A stretch of DNA of 63,864 nt, the filler included, from Octopus bimaculoides (Eukaryota), in NCBI RefSeq assembly GCF_001194135.2. It is 4 parts of 3 records of this genome, joined end to end, with 100 filler letters (N's around TTAATTAATTAA, not from the genome) between each part and the next. Parts side by side here need not be neighbours in the genome. Positions count along the whole stretch, not along the records: positions 1 to 20,285 come from NC_069004.1; 3 more parts are not named here. One strand, written 5' to 3'. The position numbers and the translations under genes were made by a program. Below the pieces are notes generated by a model. That model did no database searches. It was not told the origin of the DNA and saw only the letters and a list, made by a program, of their open reading frames with translations. Below, in pieces: positions 1-13,134 of this stretch. Positions within the stretch are counted from its first letter, which is position 1; each line of letters opens with the position of its first letter.

Positions 1-8
1 ATATATAC

Positions 9-91
<83 letters not shown>

Positions 92-120
92 CGAGAGAGA
101 GTGAGAAAGAGAGAGAGATG
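1..120. repeat. (TA)n/(GA)n compound microsatellite
   Basis: Direct reading; one of dozens of di-, tri- and tetranucleotide tracts in the window. Confidence 0.95.
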
Positions 121-407
121 TATTTGGATCGGTCGATAGATGGATCGACGGACGGAAGGACACGAGAGATGAGTGAGAATTATAAAGAAGAAACATATGA
201 AGCGAAAACTTATCATTTGTACTCGGTTATCTTGTAGTCCAAGTGGTTTGTTAGCACTTGTTGGCCCGACAATGTGATATAACAGCACACACACACACAC
301 ACATCGGAACTAGTATTGGGTCAGTTCGATTGTGTAAACATATGTGTAGATATAGATATACATATTTATGAATGTGTGTGTGTGTGTGTATTTCTTACAC
401 GTACATA

Positions 408-885
408 GGCGCAGGAGTGGCTGTGTGGTAAGAAGCTTGCTTCCCAACCACATAGTTCTGGGTTCAGTCCCTCTGCGTGGCACCTTAGGCAAGTGTCTTC
501 TACTATAGCCTCAGGTCGACCAAAGCCTTGTGGGTGGATTGGGTAGACGGAAACTGAAAGAAGCCCGTCGTATATATGTATATATATGTATATGTATTTG
601 TGTGTCTGTGTTTGCCCCCCCCCCCCNNNNNNNNNNNNNNNNNNNNNNNNNNNNNNNNNATCGCTTGACAACCGATGCTGGTGTGTTTAAGTCCCCGTAA
701 ATGTATGTTTGTGTCTGTGTTTGCCCCCCCCCTCGTCAATTAGCGGTTCGGCAAAAAGAGAATGATAGAATAAATACTAGGCTTACAAAGAATAAGTAAG
801 TCCTGGGGTAGATTTATTCGACTAAATGTTGTGCTCCAGCATGGCTGCAGTCAAATGACTGGAACAAATAAAAGAATAAAAGAAT
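408..885 (+). mobile_element. tRNA-derived SINE, family A (about 400 bp, internal microsatellite)
   Basis: tRNA-like head GGCGCAGGAGTGGCTGTGTGGTAAG...GGGTTCAGTCCC, conserved body (GACGGAAACTGAAAGAAGCCCGTC), internal (TA)/(TG) tract, 3' part ending GGTGCTCCAGCATGGC...AAAAGAATAAAAG. It recurs more than 10 times in the window and is probably one of the octopus OK/OR SINEs (name mapping unverified). Interrupted by an N gap. Confidence 0.85.
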
Positions 886-1316
886 ACATACGTACGTAAA
901 TGTGAGTGTGGTTATGCTTCTTTTGTATGTGTATGTGTGTGTGTGTGTGTGTATGTATTGTGTGTGTGCGAAGACAGATAGAAAAAATGCCAATGTAGGT
1001 CAATGTCTGATGCAATTCCTGACCTCATTTCAATCGACTTCCTTTTACCACACTTAACACAAAAAAGAACCTACAATAATGGACGTCGTTGTGTCCTTTG
1101 AGAAACATGTCGTTATCATCACCGAATAGAGCGGGAGATGGGGGCTGACCGTTGATAACTCCGAGTAATCCTGGATCTGTGAGACCCCTTCGTAAACACT
1201 GGGTGCCTGTTCACCCATTCGAACTTCTCTCTACATTCCTTTTCTGTGCTTCTGTTTGTTTTTTTTTACACCTTTTTGTTTTGATTTTCTATTATCATTA
1301 TTATCATTTTTATTAC

Positions 1317-1347
<31 letters not shown>

Positions 1348-1576
1348 CGATTTCGTGCAGCTTCTCCCACCCTATCCTCACCCCCATTTTGCACAATTTT
1401 TGTCCTTGCTCTCTTTCCGTCTGTCGTTTTTGTGGTGAAAAACAGACCTAAACTACCAATCAAGTACAGGAATCGCTGGTATTGGCTAACACTCCCCTCC
1501 CCTCAAAATTACTGGCCTTGTGTCCGAATTAGAAACCACCGTCTTCTTCTTCGTCATCAGCAGCAGCAACTGCAGG

Positions 1577-1797
1577 ACAACGAGCTGGCAGAATTGTTAG
1601 AGCAGTCGGGGGAAAAAAAGTGCCTTGTTGTATTTGATCTGGTTCTTTACGTTCTGATTTGAAATCCTGTCTTGATCAACTTTGCCTTTCATTCTTTAGA
1701 GGTCGATAAAATAAAGTACCAGTCAACCACTGGGGTCGATGTAATCGATTTGCCCTCTTCATTCAAAACCGCTAGTCTTACGCCAAAATTAGAAAGG
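1577..1797 (+). mobile_element. SINE family D, diverged copy
   Basis: GAGCTGGCAGAATTGTTAG head and GGTCGATAAAATAAAGTACCAG...CTGGGGTCGATGTAATCGA body shared with 23946-24155. Confidence 0.7.
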
Positions 1798-3881
1798 GTA
1801 ATTCAAGGTTTTTTTCATTGGCACAATCGTTTGAATATCGGATAAAATGCTTTGAAGTCTTTAGATAGGACTTCAGCTCCATCAAAATTGCTGCCTCGTG
1901 CCAAAATTAGAAACGAGGTGGTGAATTAACGGAATCGTCCGAACGTCGAACAAGACNNNNNNNNNNNNNNNNNNNNNNNNNNNNNNNNNNNNNNNNNNNN
2001 NNNNNNNNNNNNNNNNNNNNNNNNNNNNNNNNNNNNNNNNNNNNNNNNNNNNNNNNNNNNNNNNNNNNNNNNNNNNNNNNNNNNNNNNNNNNNNNNNNNN
2101 NNNNNNNNNNNNNNNNNNNNNNNNNNNNNNNNNNNNNNNNNNNNNNNNNNNNNNNNNNNNNNNNNNNNNNNNNNNNNNNNNNNNNNNNNNNNNNNNNNNN
2201 NNNNNNNNNNNNNNNNNNNNNNNNNNNNNNNNNNNNNNNNNNNNNNNNNNNNNNNNNNNNNNNNNNNNNNNNNNNNNNNNNNNNNNNNNNNNNNNNNNNN
2301 NNNNNNNNNNNNNNNNNNNNNNNNNNNNNNNNNNNNNNNNNNNNNNNNNNNNNNNNNNNNNNNNNNNNNNNNNNNNNNNNNNNNNNNNNNNNNNNNNNNN
2401 NNNNNNNNNNNNNNNNNNNNNNNNNNNNNNNNNNNNNNNNNNNNNNNNNNNNNNNNNNNNNNNNNNNNNNNNNNNNNNNNNNNNNNNNNNNNNNNNNNNN
2501 NNNNNNNNNNNNNNNNNNNNNNNNNNNNNNNNNNNNNNNNNNNNNNNNNNNNNNNNNNNNNNNNNNNNNNNNNNNNNNNNNNNNNNNNNNNNNNNNNNNN
2601 NNNNNNNNNNNNNNNNNNNNNNNNNNNNNNNNNNNNNNNNNNNNNNNNNNNNNNNNNNNNNNNNNNNNNNNNNNNNNNNNNNNNNNNNNNNNNNNNNNNN
2701 NNNNNNNNNNNNNNNNNNNNNNNNNNNNNNNNNNNNNNNNNNNNNNNNNNNNNNNNNNNNNNNNNNNNNNNNNNNNNNNNNNNNNNNNNNNNNNNNNNNN
2801 NNNNNNNNNNNNNNNNNNNNNNNNNNNNNNNNNNNNNNNNNNNNNNNNNNNNNNNNNNNNNNNNNNNNNNNGTGGGTAAAAGAACGGAGAGAGAGAACGT
2901 AGAAGTGAGGGAGTAGGGAGAGGAATATGCTGATAGAATTGGTGGTGGTGGTGGTGAGGTGAAGAAAGAAAGGTAGAAAAGAAGGGAGTCGTGCGGAAAA
3001 TAAGGGTTACGAAATGAGAGAGAAGGGTGAGTGAGAAAGAATGGCGCTGAGGTTTTTGTAAGAGTTTTGTTTATTACAGGTTTGGGAGTGAATCGGTGAA
3101 GGAATTGAAGAACGAGCGATGCGAAGAAATTGTTTAATGCCAAAGAGAGAGAGAGAGAGAGAGAGAGGGTGTGTGTGTGTGTGTGTGTTGGTACGTTGTA
3201 CGAATAGAGGGGAAAAGCAGGCAGAAAGGCTTTGCGAGGGTAAGATAACCGCGCGCGCATCTATTTATACACCACACACACACACACATATATATACATA
3301 TACATACACACACACTTATATACACCCACATACATACACGTATACACACATATATGATATTTATCGTTCTTCGCTATTTTCAGTTGCATACACTCAATCA
3401 CACAGCCCCCGGCGAGAGGAGCCCTTGCATGGTAGGTAGCTCGACCTGCTAGCTAGACATAGCAGTCAACTCTCCTTCAAATGACATCCTGCTGTCTTGT
3501 TAAACAAAACAAAAAATGAAAGAGCGCATTAGATAATGAAGTTGAGAGTCCCCACCCCGAAGAAAAACAAACAAACAAGACGATGGTTATTGGAATGTCT
3601 TTGATTAGGGACCTGCAAAATCAGTTAAGTCATGTCAAAACAAAACGCACACACATTCAGGGGCCATTCCCCCACTCCCCTTTTTGTCCCCTTTCCCACA
3701 CACATTCTGTCCATCCTCATCTCTTATAATATTGGATAGCTACAGCCCCCACCTTACACAACCCACCCTATCACCTTTTTTTCCAGCTCTGTCTCTCCCT
3801 TTTTTTCAATAACCCATGTTATTAATCCCTCCCCTTCCCCTTGTTGCCTATTGTCCCCTATCTTTTTACCATTTCTTATCC

Positions 3882-4078
3882 CTCTTTTATTCTTTTATTT
3901 GTTTCAGTCACTTGACTGCGGCCATGCTGGAGCACCGCCTTTAGTCGAACAAATCGACCCCAAGACTTATTCTTCTGTAAGCCTAGTACATATTCTATAG
4001 GTCTATCTGGCTGAACCGCTAAGTTACGGGGACGTGAACACATCAACATTGGTTGTCAAACGATGGTGGGGGAGGGGA

Positions 4079-4124
<46 letters not shown>

Positions 4125-4243
4125 AACGACAGGCTTCTTTCAGTTTCCGTCTACCAAATCCACTCACAAAGCTTTGTTCGGCCCGAGGCTAAAGTAGAAG
4201 ACATTTGCCTTAGGAGTCACGCAGTGGGATGAGAACCCGTAAC
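3882..4243 (-). mobile_element. SINE family A
   Basis: Reverse complement of the 408-885 consensus, with internal (CA)n; 5' end truncated. Confidence 0.85.
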
Positions 4244-4244
4244 C

Positions 4245-4456
4245 TCCTCGCATTGTTGTAGCTTCCGAATGATGCTACCCCGCTGTCTTTGCGGGTAGGT
4301 CAACATACCCCTTTGACGGAACACCCTCCGTTACAGGTTTATCTTTTTACCGCTGAGTGGCCTGAAGAATCGTGAAATGGTGTTTTGCTCAAGAACAAAA
4401 CGCACCGCCCATGAATCGGTCGTGAGTGCAACGCCCTCACCACTAGGCCACGCGCA
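4245..4456 (-). mobile_element. SINE family C (CORE-like), diverged
   Basis: Minus strand reads CGCGTGGCCTAGTGG...TTGTTCTTGAGCAAAACACCATTTCACG, matching 35457 and 63444. Confidence 0.6.
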
Positions 4457-4845
4457 CAAACACACACACATCCAGAAATAAAACACCTGATGTAAATAAT
4501 TATAATTTTGATAATAAAAATCATTATTATCAATTGTCCTCATTATCATTATCGACACCGTTGCTGCCATTAAATTATGCGCATTTGATAATCACCAACA
4601 ACACCCGTCACCCGCTCTTTTTTTTTCACCTCACTGCGCCTCACTAACTACAGCACTTCCGGAATGTCCTCTGTCATCCATTTCCGCCTGTTTAACTGAC
4701 CTTTTTCTTCATACTTCAAACGAAATATCAACGACGTTTGACCTCTCTACACCTCCCATCAAATTTTCTTTACAACAGAAAAAAAAGGTGGGGCGTGGGG
4801 AGAAAACACTGCACAAAGGTGACATCGAACACACACACACACACG

Positions 4846-5044
4846 CTTTTATTCTTTTACTTGTTGCAGTCATTAGACTGCAACCATACTGGGACATCAT
4901 CTTGAAGAATTTTAGTCGAACAAATCGACACCAGGGCTCATTTTTAAAGCCTGTTTCTTATTCTATCGGTGTCTTTTGCCGAATTGCTACGTTATGCGGG
5001 CGCAAAGACACCAACTCCTGTTGTCAAGCGGTGGTAGACCCCTC

Positions 5045-5076
<32 letters not shown>

Positions 5077-5200
5077 CATGGGCTTCTTTCAGTTTCCGTC
5101 TACCAAATCCACTCACAGGGCTTTGGTCGGCCCGAGGCTATAGCAGAGGACACTTGACCAAGCTGACTCGCAGTGAGACTGAACCGAGAGCTGCATGGGA
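4846..5200 (-). mobile_element. SINE family A
   Basis: Same body motifs (CTTCTTTCAGTTTCCGTCTACCAAATCCACTCAC) with internal (TA)n. Confidence 0.8.
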
Positions 5201-5271
5201 GACGAAGGCCTTCCATCGGGGTAGTCAGCTCAGAGTCCATCTATACTTGTTTCAGACATTGGAGAGGGGAC

Positions 5272-5634
5272 CATCTTCCGGCACCGCTTTGAACGGCTTT
5301 TAGTCATTTACTCGACTCTGCTACTCATTTATTTTTGTTTGTTTTAAAGCCTAATACTTATTCTATCGTTCTCTTTTGTTCGAAGCGCTTAGTTACGGGG
5401 ACACAAAGCAACACCCGTTGTAAAGTGGAAAAGCATGCACAATAAACAAAACTAAACATACACATTCATATACACGACGGGCTTCTACTCAGTTTTCACT
5501 TACCAAATTCACTCACAGGATATTCACCGGCCTTGGGTTATAGCAGACACTCGCCCTAAGTGTGGCGTAGTAGAACTGAACCGGAAACCATGTAATTGCA
5601 AAACGAACGTCTTAACCAGAGAGCTATGCCTGTG
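5272..5634 (-). mobile_element. SINE family A, older copy
   Basis: Diverged match including the tRNA-like head at 5570-5634. Confidence 0.7.
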
Positions 5635-6709
5635 TTATAAGAAGAAAGAAAACGTGTAAATAACTATATAAATACATTCATATATATTCAATATTTTTTT
5701 TTTTGTAGATACGATTAAAAATATGATTCTACACGCTAGAAATGAAAATTAAACTAATGTTGATGTGCGTATATGACAATGAAAAATCGAAACAAACAGA
5801 CAGGGATAAATTTATTTATCAGCCAACTTTTTATCCAAAGTCATTACGATTTCGACACTTGGAGAAAAAAAATGCATCGTTCGTCTGGAAAGTGACAATG
5901 TTCAAACTAAACCAGAACATACAGATGCAGGCCATATATATGTAAACGAAAATGCGTGTAAAAACTCGTATTTCAAATATTAGTACACCTAAAACTATAT
6001 TAAAAGGGCTGAGTGGGGGGAGGGGACTCACTAGAGGTATATGTAGAATTTGTAAGAACTATAAGGTCTATGTAGTACGTATAACAAGTTTCTCTATCAT
6101 TCACATTCTCATGTGTATATGTGTGTACATAACCATATATGTGTGTGTGTGTGGAAATGGTTGTGTGCGATTATGTATCTGTGTATATGTTTGGTTGTGT
6201 GTTGTGTGTGCGTTCGCAGCCGTCGTACCTTTCAGTGTATATGCGCGTACATAGTGTGTGTTTGAATAAAACTGGTAACATGTCTGTATGTGTGTGCAAT
6301 TATACCGCTATGAATATGTGAGCGTATATCGTGGGCTTTTATCTGCGTATGCACAAGCGTGCGTTACTTATTATTATTATTATTATGCCATGTCTACATA
6401 CATCCTTCGTATATATATATGTGTGTGTGTGCGTGTGTTTGAATAGAACCGACACACACATACACAGAATATGTCGGTTTGTTTTTAATTTTCTCTCATA
6501 AGTCTTGTATATTTAGACAAGACAGTGTTTGTTCTGACAATGATGTGCAATTGACTGCATATTGTTGGTGATGTTTCTCTGCGTGTGTGTGTGTGTGTGT
6601 GTGTGCGTGCGTGCGCATTTTTCTTGTCACACCGTCTGAGTGTGGTGGCGTTGTTGTTGCTTTGCTTTGCTGTCTTTTGTCCGTCAAGTGTCGACTTTCA
6701 CGCTTGCAG

Positions 6710-7126
6710 CCAATAAGCAAAACGGCGGCAGTGGTGACGATGATGATGATGATTGTGGTGGTGGTGGTGGTGTTGGCGGAGCCGATGCGACATCTGATGA
6801 CGACAACACAGTGACTGGTGGGACGAGGTGTCCAACACAAACACCATCGCCGCCGCCGGTACCACCGACACCACCGCCACCACCACTGCCAACGCCATTA
6901 ACACAACCACCGCTTACACCACCAATACCACCAACACCGCATCCGACAACCACAACACCGCGACTGCTGCGGCAGAGCATCCACCACCGCCAACGCCACT
7001 GCGGTGGTGCCCCCTTTACAAAAATAACAAAAACAAGGAAAGCCAGCTTTTCCAAGTCGGTGGGGTTGGGGCGTGAGGGTAGGGGTAAAGAGATGGCAGC
7101 GGGGTGGGGTTTGGTGAAAGGAAGAA
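6710..7126 (+). CDS. Possible low-complexity (Gly/Asp/Pro/Thr-rich) internal exon, product unknown
   Basis: TTTCACGCTTGCAG acceptor, AA|GTGAGT donor, 417 nt (phase 1-1) inside ORF 6640-7134. Degenerate CCA/GGT repeats keep several frames open, so support is weak. Confidence 0.2.
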
Positions 7127-8255
7127 GTGAGTAAATGTTGTGTTTGACTGGGCTGGAGTCAGCTGCCCGTGGCACGCGGAGGAGGTTTGCGGGTGGCGTA
7201 GGGGATGGTGTTAAAGATGGAGTAAGTGGTAAGTGGTGCTGCTGGAAAGGAATTAAGACCGGTTTTTTGAAAATATTTTTTTGTTTTCGGAGGTTTTTTT
7301 TGTGAAGTCTACCTCCGCCACTGCTGCTCCATCACCACCACCACCACCACCACCGCCAGACCCAGGTCTGATAGGTGGGTGAGTAGATAGGTGGATGTCG
7401 AAAGGTGTGACTGTTGTCACTTCAGCTTTTGATGGTGATGATGGTAATGATGCTGATGGTGGTATTGGCGGTGTGGACTAGAGATGGTAAATGTTACCAT
7501 AACGAAAGTGCCGCTATTGTGGAGATGATGATGATGATGATGATGTTGGTGGTGGTGGTGGTGGGGCTGGTGGTGAAGATGACAGCGATTGGATGCTGGA
7601 GACGGAACGAGAATTCTGCTGTCCTTTGATGATTATGACGATCGTGATGATGATGATGATGATGAGGCGGTAGAGGCTAATGGCGTTTGAAAAGTGCATA
7701 GGTGAGAGGAAGATCGAGTTTTATCGATGCAGTGGTGATTTAACGGTGCTATTCTTGACGAGCGTCAATATCTAAGAAAATGTCTTGTGGACAAGCAAGT
7801 TATCGGCGAGAGAAAGACAACGAAGCTAACAGCAATGGCGGTCGGTCGGTCGGTCGGTCGTGGTTGCAGCGATGGTGGCACTGGCAGCAGCGGCTGTGGT
7901 AACGTCTGGAAGGCTGTCGGTAGAGGTTGTAGTAGTGATGGTCAAAATGCTTGAGTGCCTCTTGGGTCTGATGCCTGCAGCTAAGGTGTGAGAATGGGGT
8001 AGTGGTGTTGGTGACGGCGGCGTTGATTGTGGTAGATGGAGCGACACTTGAATGACTGCCGGGGGAAATGTCTGCTGCTGATGTGGTCGTGTTGTTACCG
8101 TTAATGGTGCTATTGTGGCCTGAAGTGTGTGCCCTGTGGTAATGGTGCTGGTTGCAAGAGTCTTATTTGTTCTACAAAGGTTTGTCACCAGACAATGTCT
8201 GTCTGTCTATCTATCTATCTATCTGTCTGTCTCTCTGTCTGTCTGTCTATCTATC

Positions 8256-8302
<47 letters not shown>

Positions 8303-9235
8303 CTATGTCTGTCTGTCTATTTATCTATCTATCTCTGTCTGTCTGTCTATCTATCTATCTATTTATCACTTCTTCCACAAACGTTCGTCACCAGATAATA
8401 CTGTATAGATTATATCTACGATAATGAGAGATGAGAAAGTAAATAAAGAAGGAAATTGTGTGCGAGGAGGTTGGCCGGGGTTACAACCATTATTGTAACT
8501 CATCTCATCTACTCAGCCTATAGGATGCCCCCCCCTCTCTCTCTCTCCACATTTCCATATATATATACATAAGAAACAAACGTGTGCGTGTGTGTAGGGA
8601 GCTGTCATTTGGTCAGAAATATATATATATACATACATACATATACATATATACACACACGCACACGTTTCTTTCTTTAATTTGTAATCGGCAGAAAGTT
8701 ACAGAGACCTAGTTCATGACATTTGTCCAACTCATAAGTTCGATAAGTGCCATACACGGAACTCTCAGCACTTGAGTCACTTTTACAACATTCCATCGAA
8801 ATGACTGAAACAAGTGAAAGATGTGTGTGTGTGTGTGTGTGTATATAGATATATATATATACATATCAGAAGCAACAGTGATTCAAAGTAATAAATAATA
8901 CCGAATTTTGTTTTTTTTAATTTCCTGTTTTGATATATAAATAACTCTACGAAGACATGTAAACCAGAATGTCCAACTCTTATGCATACCCCACCTAAAT
9001 ATAACATCAACGTATACAACTCTGGATTGGTCTTACTATATATTTCGTACATAATCCTATGTGTGTGTACAAGTTTCAATACCCCGATGTATGTGTGCAT
9101 ATGTTGTTTGCTTATCTGCGTTGTCGGATTAGTGATTATGGTGTAAAAATGTTATTCACCCTCAGAATTATCATGAAGTTCTTTATTGTTAGTGGCCGGA
9201 CACAGCTTCTTTTGAACTTGTCAAGACCCTGCATA

Positions 9236-9750
9236 CGAGGCCCGGTCAAAAAGTATCGAGGCGGTTTCTACGATAATGAAGTTTATAAGTACGCAGAGCG
9301 AAGCCGCTCGGCACAGATTGACCTTGTGGTCTATCGCGCATGCACACTAAGCTGTAACGTTCTCGTTCACTTCCGCTGTTTATAGTAGTGCTTAGAAGTA
9401 AAGTGTGTAGATTGTGGTCGTCTCTCCGTACCACAGAAGTTCCATCAGTGACCATAGCAAAGAAAATGTGTGTGTGTGTGTGTGAGCGGAAAGGGACATG
9501 GCTTGATGGTTATTACGGCCAAAAATCTTTCCAAAGATCAAATCGAACTTGAACAAGATGGTCGCTATCCCCCACCAGAAAAGGAGTTCCAAGAATGCTT
9601 CTCTCAATGGACACTATGCTGGATCACGTGTGTGACTTCAGAAGGGGACTACTTCAAAGGAGATTAAATGCCGAATTGATTGATACGTGTTGTAGTTTTT
9701 CTTTTTCTTTTTTTATAGCACCAGTCCTAATACTCTTTAATCGGACCTGG
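9236..9750 (+). mobile_element. Internally deleted mariner (Tc1/mariner) element
   Basis: TA|CGAGG...AAAAAGTATC left TIR and CAGTCCTAATACTCTTTAATCGGACCTGG right TIR. Transposase C-terminus KEFQECFSQW...EGDYFKGD* at 9570-9667. The 5' 200 bp align with 40861. Confidence 0.85.
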
Positions 9751-9860
9751 TGTGTGTGTGTGTGTGTGTGTGTGTGGTCGGCTGTAATTTGAGGGGGTTT
9801 CGCAATTATTTCTGCTTCAAGCTATATGTTGCACTTCCTGGATATAGCTTGCGGTTGATC

Positions 9861-9922
<62 letters not shown>

Positions 9923-10115
9923 ATTCAACAATACCCTTCTGCGCTGAGTTGGGTCCTCTGTACACTCCATTGTAACAAAAAACAAATGTTATTTTTACAC
10001 GCACGCATTTCGACTTACGTACGTACAGTTGATGACTGCGGGCGTACGTACGTGCGTATAAGTTTGGAAATCACGCGAGCTTTTGCTCTCACACATTATA
10101 ATGTGGGGAGGGGGT

Positions 10116-10153
<38 letters not shown>

Positions 10154-10188
10154 CTCCGCAGTAATTTTTTCCCCTCGAAGCTCACATA

Positions 10189-10710
10189 AGCCAATCGCAT
10201 CATCCTCATAACATCACATCCATCAGTTAAAACCCGCTACTTTTCTCTTCCTTCCGTTATACCCACCCTGACAGTCTCGTCCCGTTCCGTTTCGGGTTTG
10301 CTTTCCACCACCACCGCGCCGTTTCTACCATTCTTGTCATCGTCGTCATCATCATCATCGTCATCATCATCATTGTCGTCGTCGTCATTACGCATTGCAT
10401 TTAAAAAAAAAACCTTCTTGCACTGTATCCATCGTTGCTAATTAACCTCCACCAGCAAAGCAAATCATAAAAACGTTGAAAGGTTGGTACTGTGAAGGAA
10501 GAGGCGGCACGACGCATGCGCATTGTGACAGTTTTGTGGTTGCAGCAGTGGTGGTGGTGGTGAGGGGGTAGGGGGTTGGGTGCAATGATTGAAGGGAAAC
10601 TGAAATTTCACTGACGTCTGAGCTGCTTGGGTTGCTGGTGACCTCTCATTTCGGTTCGGCTACGTCTCTAATCTTCCGCCATCCCTCCCATAATTACGTA
10701 ATTTACGTCA
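10189..10710. promoter_or_regulatory. CpG-rich promoter-like motif cluster
   Basis: AGCCAATCG (NF-Y) at 10189, ACGCATGCGCA (NRF1-like) at 10512, TTACGTAA at 10694 and TTACGTCA at 10703 (bZIP). Motif evidence only. Confidence 0.3.
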
Positions 10711-10813
10711 TATCTGCCTACCTACCTACCTACCTACCTACCTGCCTGCCTGCATATCTACCTTCATATCAATGTCTTTATATATATGTTTATCTACCCG
10801 TCTACTTATAGTA

Positions 10814-10908
<95 letters not shown>

Positions 10909-10959
10909 CTGTCTATCTATCTATATTTTATATATCTATCAGTCAATTCATCTACGTGT

Positions 10960-10994
<35 letters not shown>

Positions 10995-11157
10995 GTATGT
11001 TTGCTTAACCCTAATGATGGGGCGAATGCTCATTTAGATTCCCGTCTCATTAAATCTAAGGATTCTCTCTCTCTCCCTCTCCACATTCACACCCTTGCGT
11101 TGTTCGTACAATTTTGATTCTGTTTGTAACATTTCTGTTAACTCCTGCCATTTCCAG

Positions 11158-11250
11158 GAGACGAACTCGTGGTGTTTAAACTCAGTTCAACTCCGGTCGG
11201 TCAGATCTACGATCAAAGGCTTTCCTCCCATGACCATTCCCTCCAAACTA
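11158..11250 (+). CDS. Candidate internal exon, unknown product (phase-1 frame: GDELVVFKLSSTPVGQIYDQRLSSHDHSLQT)
   Basis: TTAAC branch-like site plus CTCCTGCCATTTCCAG acceptor, CTA|GTATGT donor, 93 nt symmetric, non-repetitive. Two frames are open. Confidence 0.4.
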
Positions 11251-12360
11251 GTATGTCTAGAACCATGTCACCACCCGATGTGTCTTTCATCTTTTAAGTG
11301 GGTAGGACGTGATTTGATGGTTTTTGGTTACTGCATATGGCAGGTCAAGGAACGTGGTGGTGATGGCAATGATGTTCTTAGTGTAGTCGTTTGTGAATAA
11401 GTTTAACACGTGCCAAGGTAAACGTTTCCAAAAGTAACACTGAATAGAACAGTCAAGGAACTGTAATTTGTGCACCAGTAATACCCTGGGGGGTGAGACT
11501 CTTACTTATATCCCGTCAATATAAATATATATATATATATATAAGTAAAAAAGAGTATGTATATATATATGTATATAGGCATGGCTGTGTGGTAAGAAGT
11601 TTGCTTTCCCAACCGCATAATTCCAGGCTCAGTGTATATATATGTGTGTGTGTGTGTGACTTAGCTGTTCGGCGGAAGAGACCAAAAGAGTTAAGTACCA
11701 GGCTTTAAAAAATATTTGGATCTATTTATTTATTTGATTAAAACCTCAAAGCGGTGCACCAGAATGGAACGAGAACACTCACATACACATACGTATACAT
11801 ATATAATACCATCTTGAAAATAGCCTTATAACGTACATTTCAATGCTCCTCTACGGTTATCGGCTACCATATGCCATCATACTGCACGAATACTCCTACT
11901 GGATACACATGTGGGAATCCGTTAGTGAAGGCAGAATTCATGCAAAAATCTATGAAGCGATATGGAAGGAACAGGCTTGTGTGTGTGCCTGTGTAAAGAA
12001 GTCTGTTGGCCTTTGTCTTACACCCTTAGCAGGGTGTATATTAGGTACTGTAGTCTTAAATGGCCCATGCCACCAGAAGATAGAAATGGGGTGTTTATAG
12101 ATGTAGTTCCTTCCTTCTTAGGTTTGTCTTCTCGATGTCGATTCACTTGGCTACCAGCAACAGCTTCGGCGTTTTTACTATTAAATGCTTCAAAATGAAA
12201 ATCATATGAAATAGAAATATTAATTAGTAAAGCTTAAATTTTAATCAACAGTATTTCAGGCCATCTCAGGCTCATCTTCGGGATGTAGTCTGGTGTTGTC
12301 TCCTGCGTTGCCTCTATAGTTTATGCAGATTTTCCTGCCAGAAATTGACCTTCAGAGCTA

Positions 12361-12667
12361 TAACGTGCAAGTGGCTGAGCGCTCCACAGACACGCGTACC
12401 CTTAACGTAGTTCTCGGGGAAATTCAGCGTGACACAGTGTGACAAGTCTGGCCCTTTGAAATACAGGCACAGCAGAAAGAAGTAAGAGTGAGAGAAAATT
12501 GTGGTGAAAGAGTACAGTAGGGTTCGCCACCACTCCCTGCCGGAGCTTTGTGGAGCTTTTGGATGTTTTCACTCAAGAAACACTCACAGCACCCGGTCTG
12601 GAGATCGAAACCTTGATCCCACGACCGCGAGTCCGCTGCCCTAACCACTAGGCCATTGCCCCTCCTC
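12361..12667 (-). mobile_element. SINE family B, partly deleted
   Basis: Reverse complement of the 36128-36510 consensus. Confidence 0.85.
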
Positions 12668-13134
12668 TTCGTACACATTCAAACACACACGCTCAAATTA
12701 TATGTATAATTATGCTAAACTTCATTTTTAATTATTGTTCCTAAGGCTCAACTATTAGGTTTCCACTTTATTAGAGTTAAGAACTTGTGTTTAATGAATT
12801 AAGTTACCACTTAATCATTTTTTTAGTGTTTTTTGTTCGTTGCAGATTTTGAGGGGAGGGGAAACAGAGAGTGAGAGAATGATTGTCAATTATGGTTATT
12901 ATTTAAAGCAGGGTTGGGGTCAGGGGAGATGGTCAGTATTCGTGATGGTTATTATTGGTGTGTGTGGGGGTGGAGAGGGGTGATGATCGTTAATTGATCA
13001 TTACTCCATCATTAGTTGTGGTTGATTATTATTTGGGGTGGGGGATGTCATTTCTGGTTATTAAAGTTTTGCTCCGAGTCAGTTTTGACCAAGCGGACTT
13101 TATGATCAGAGGCGTTCCAGACGTGGCTATCTGT

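Noticed and set aside
1926-3260. Long ORFs spanning N runs (also 13741-14838, 25157-26182, 43688-44368, 58725-59498, 61105-61751)
   Set aside because: They are open only because N codons contain no stops; the flanks are microsatellite or SINE sequence.
12247-12285. Hammerhead-like CCGAAGA-TG-AGCC[TGAGAT]GGCC-TGAAATAC on the minus strand
   Set aside because: It has several core and stem mismatches (no CUGA, no GUH); at most a dead Penelope-type relic.
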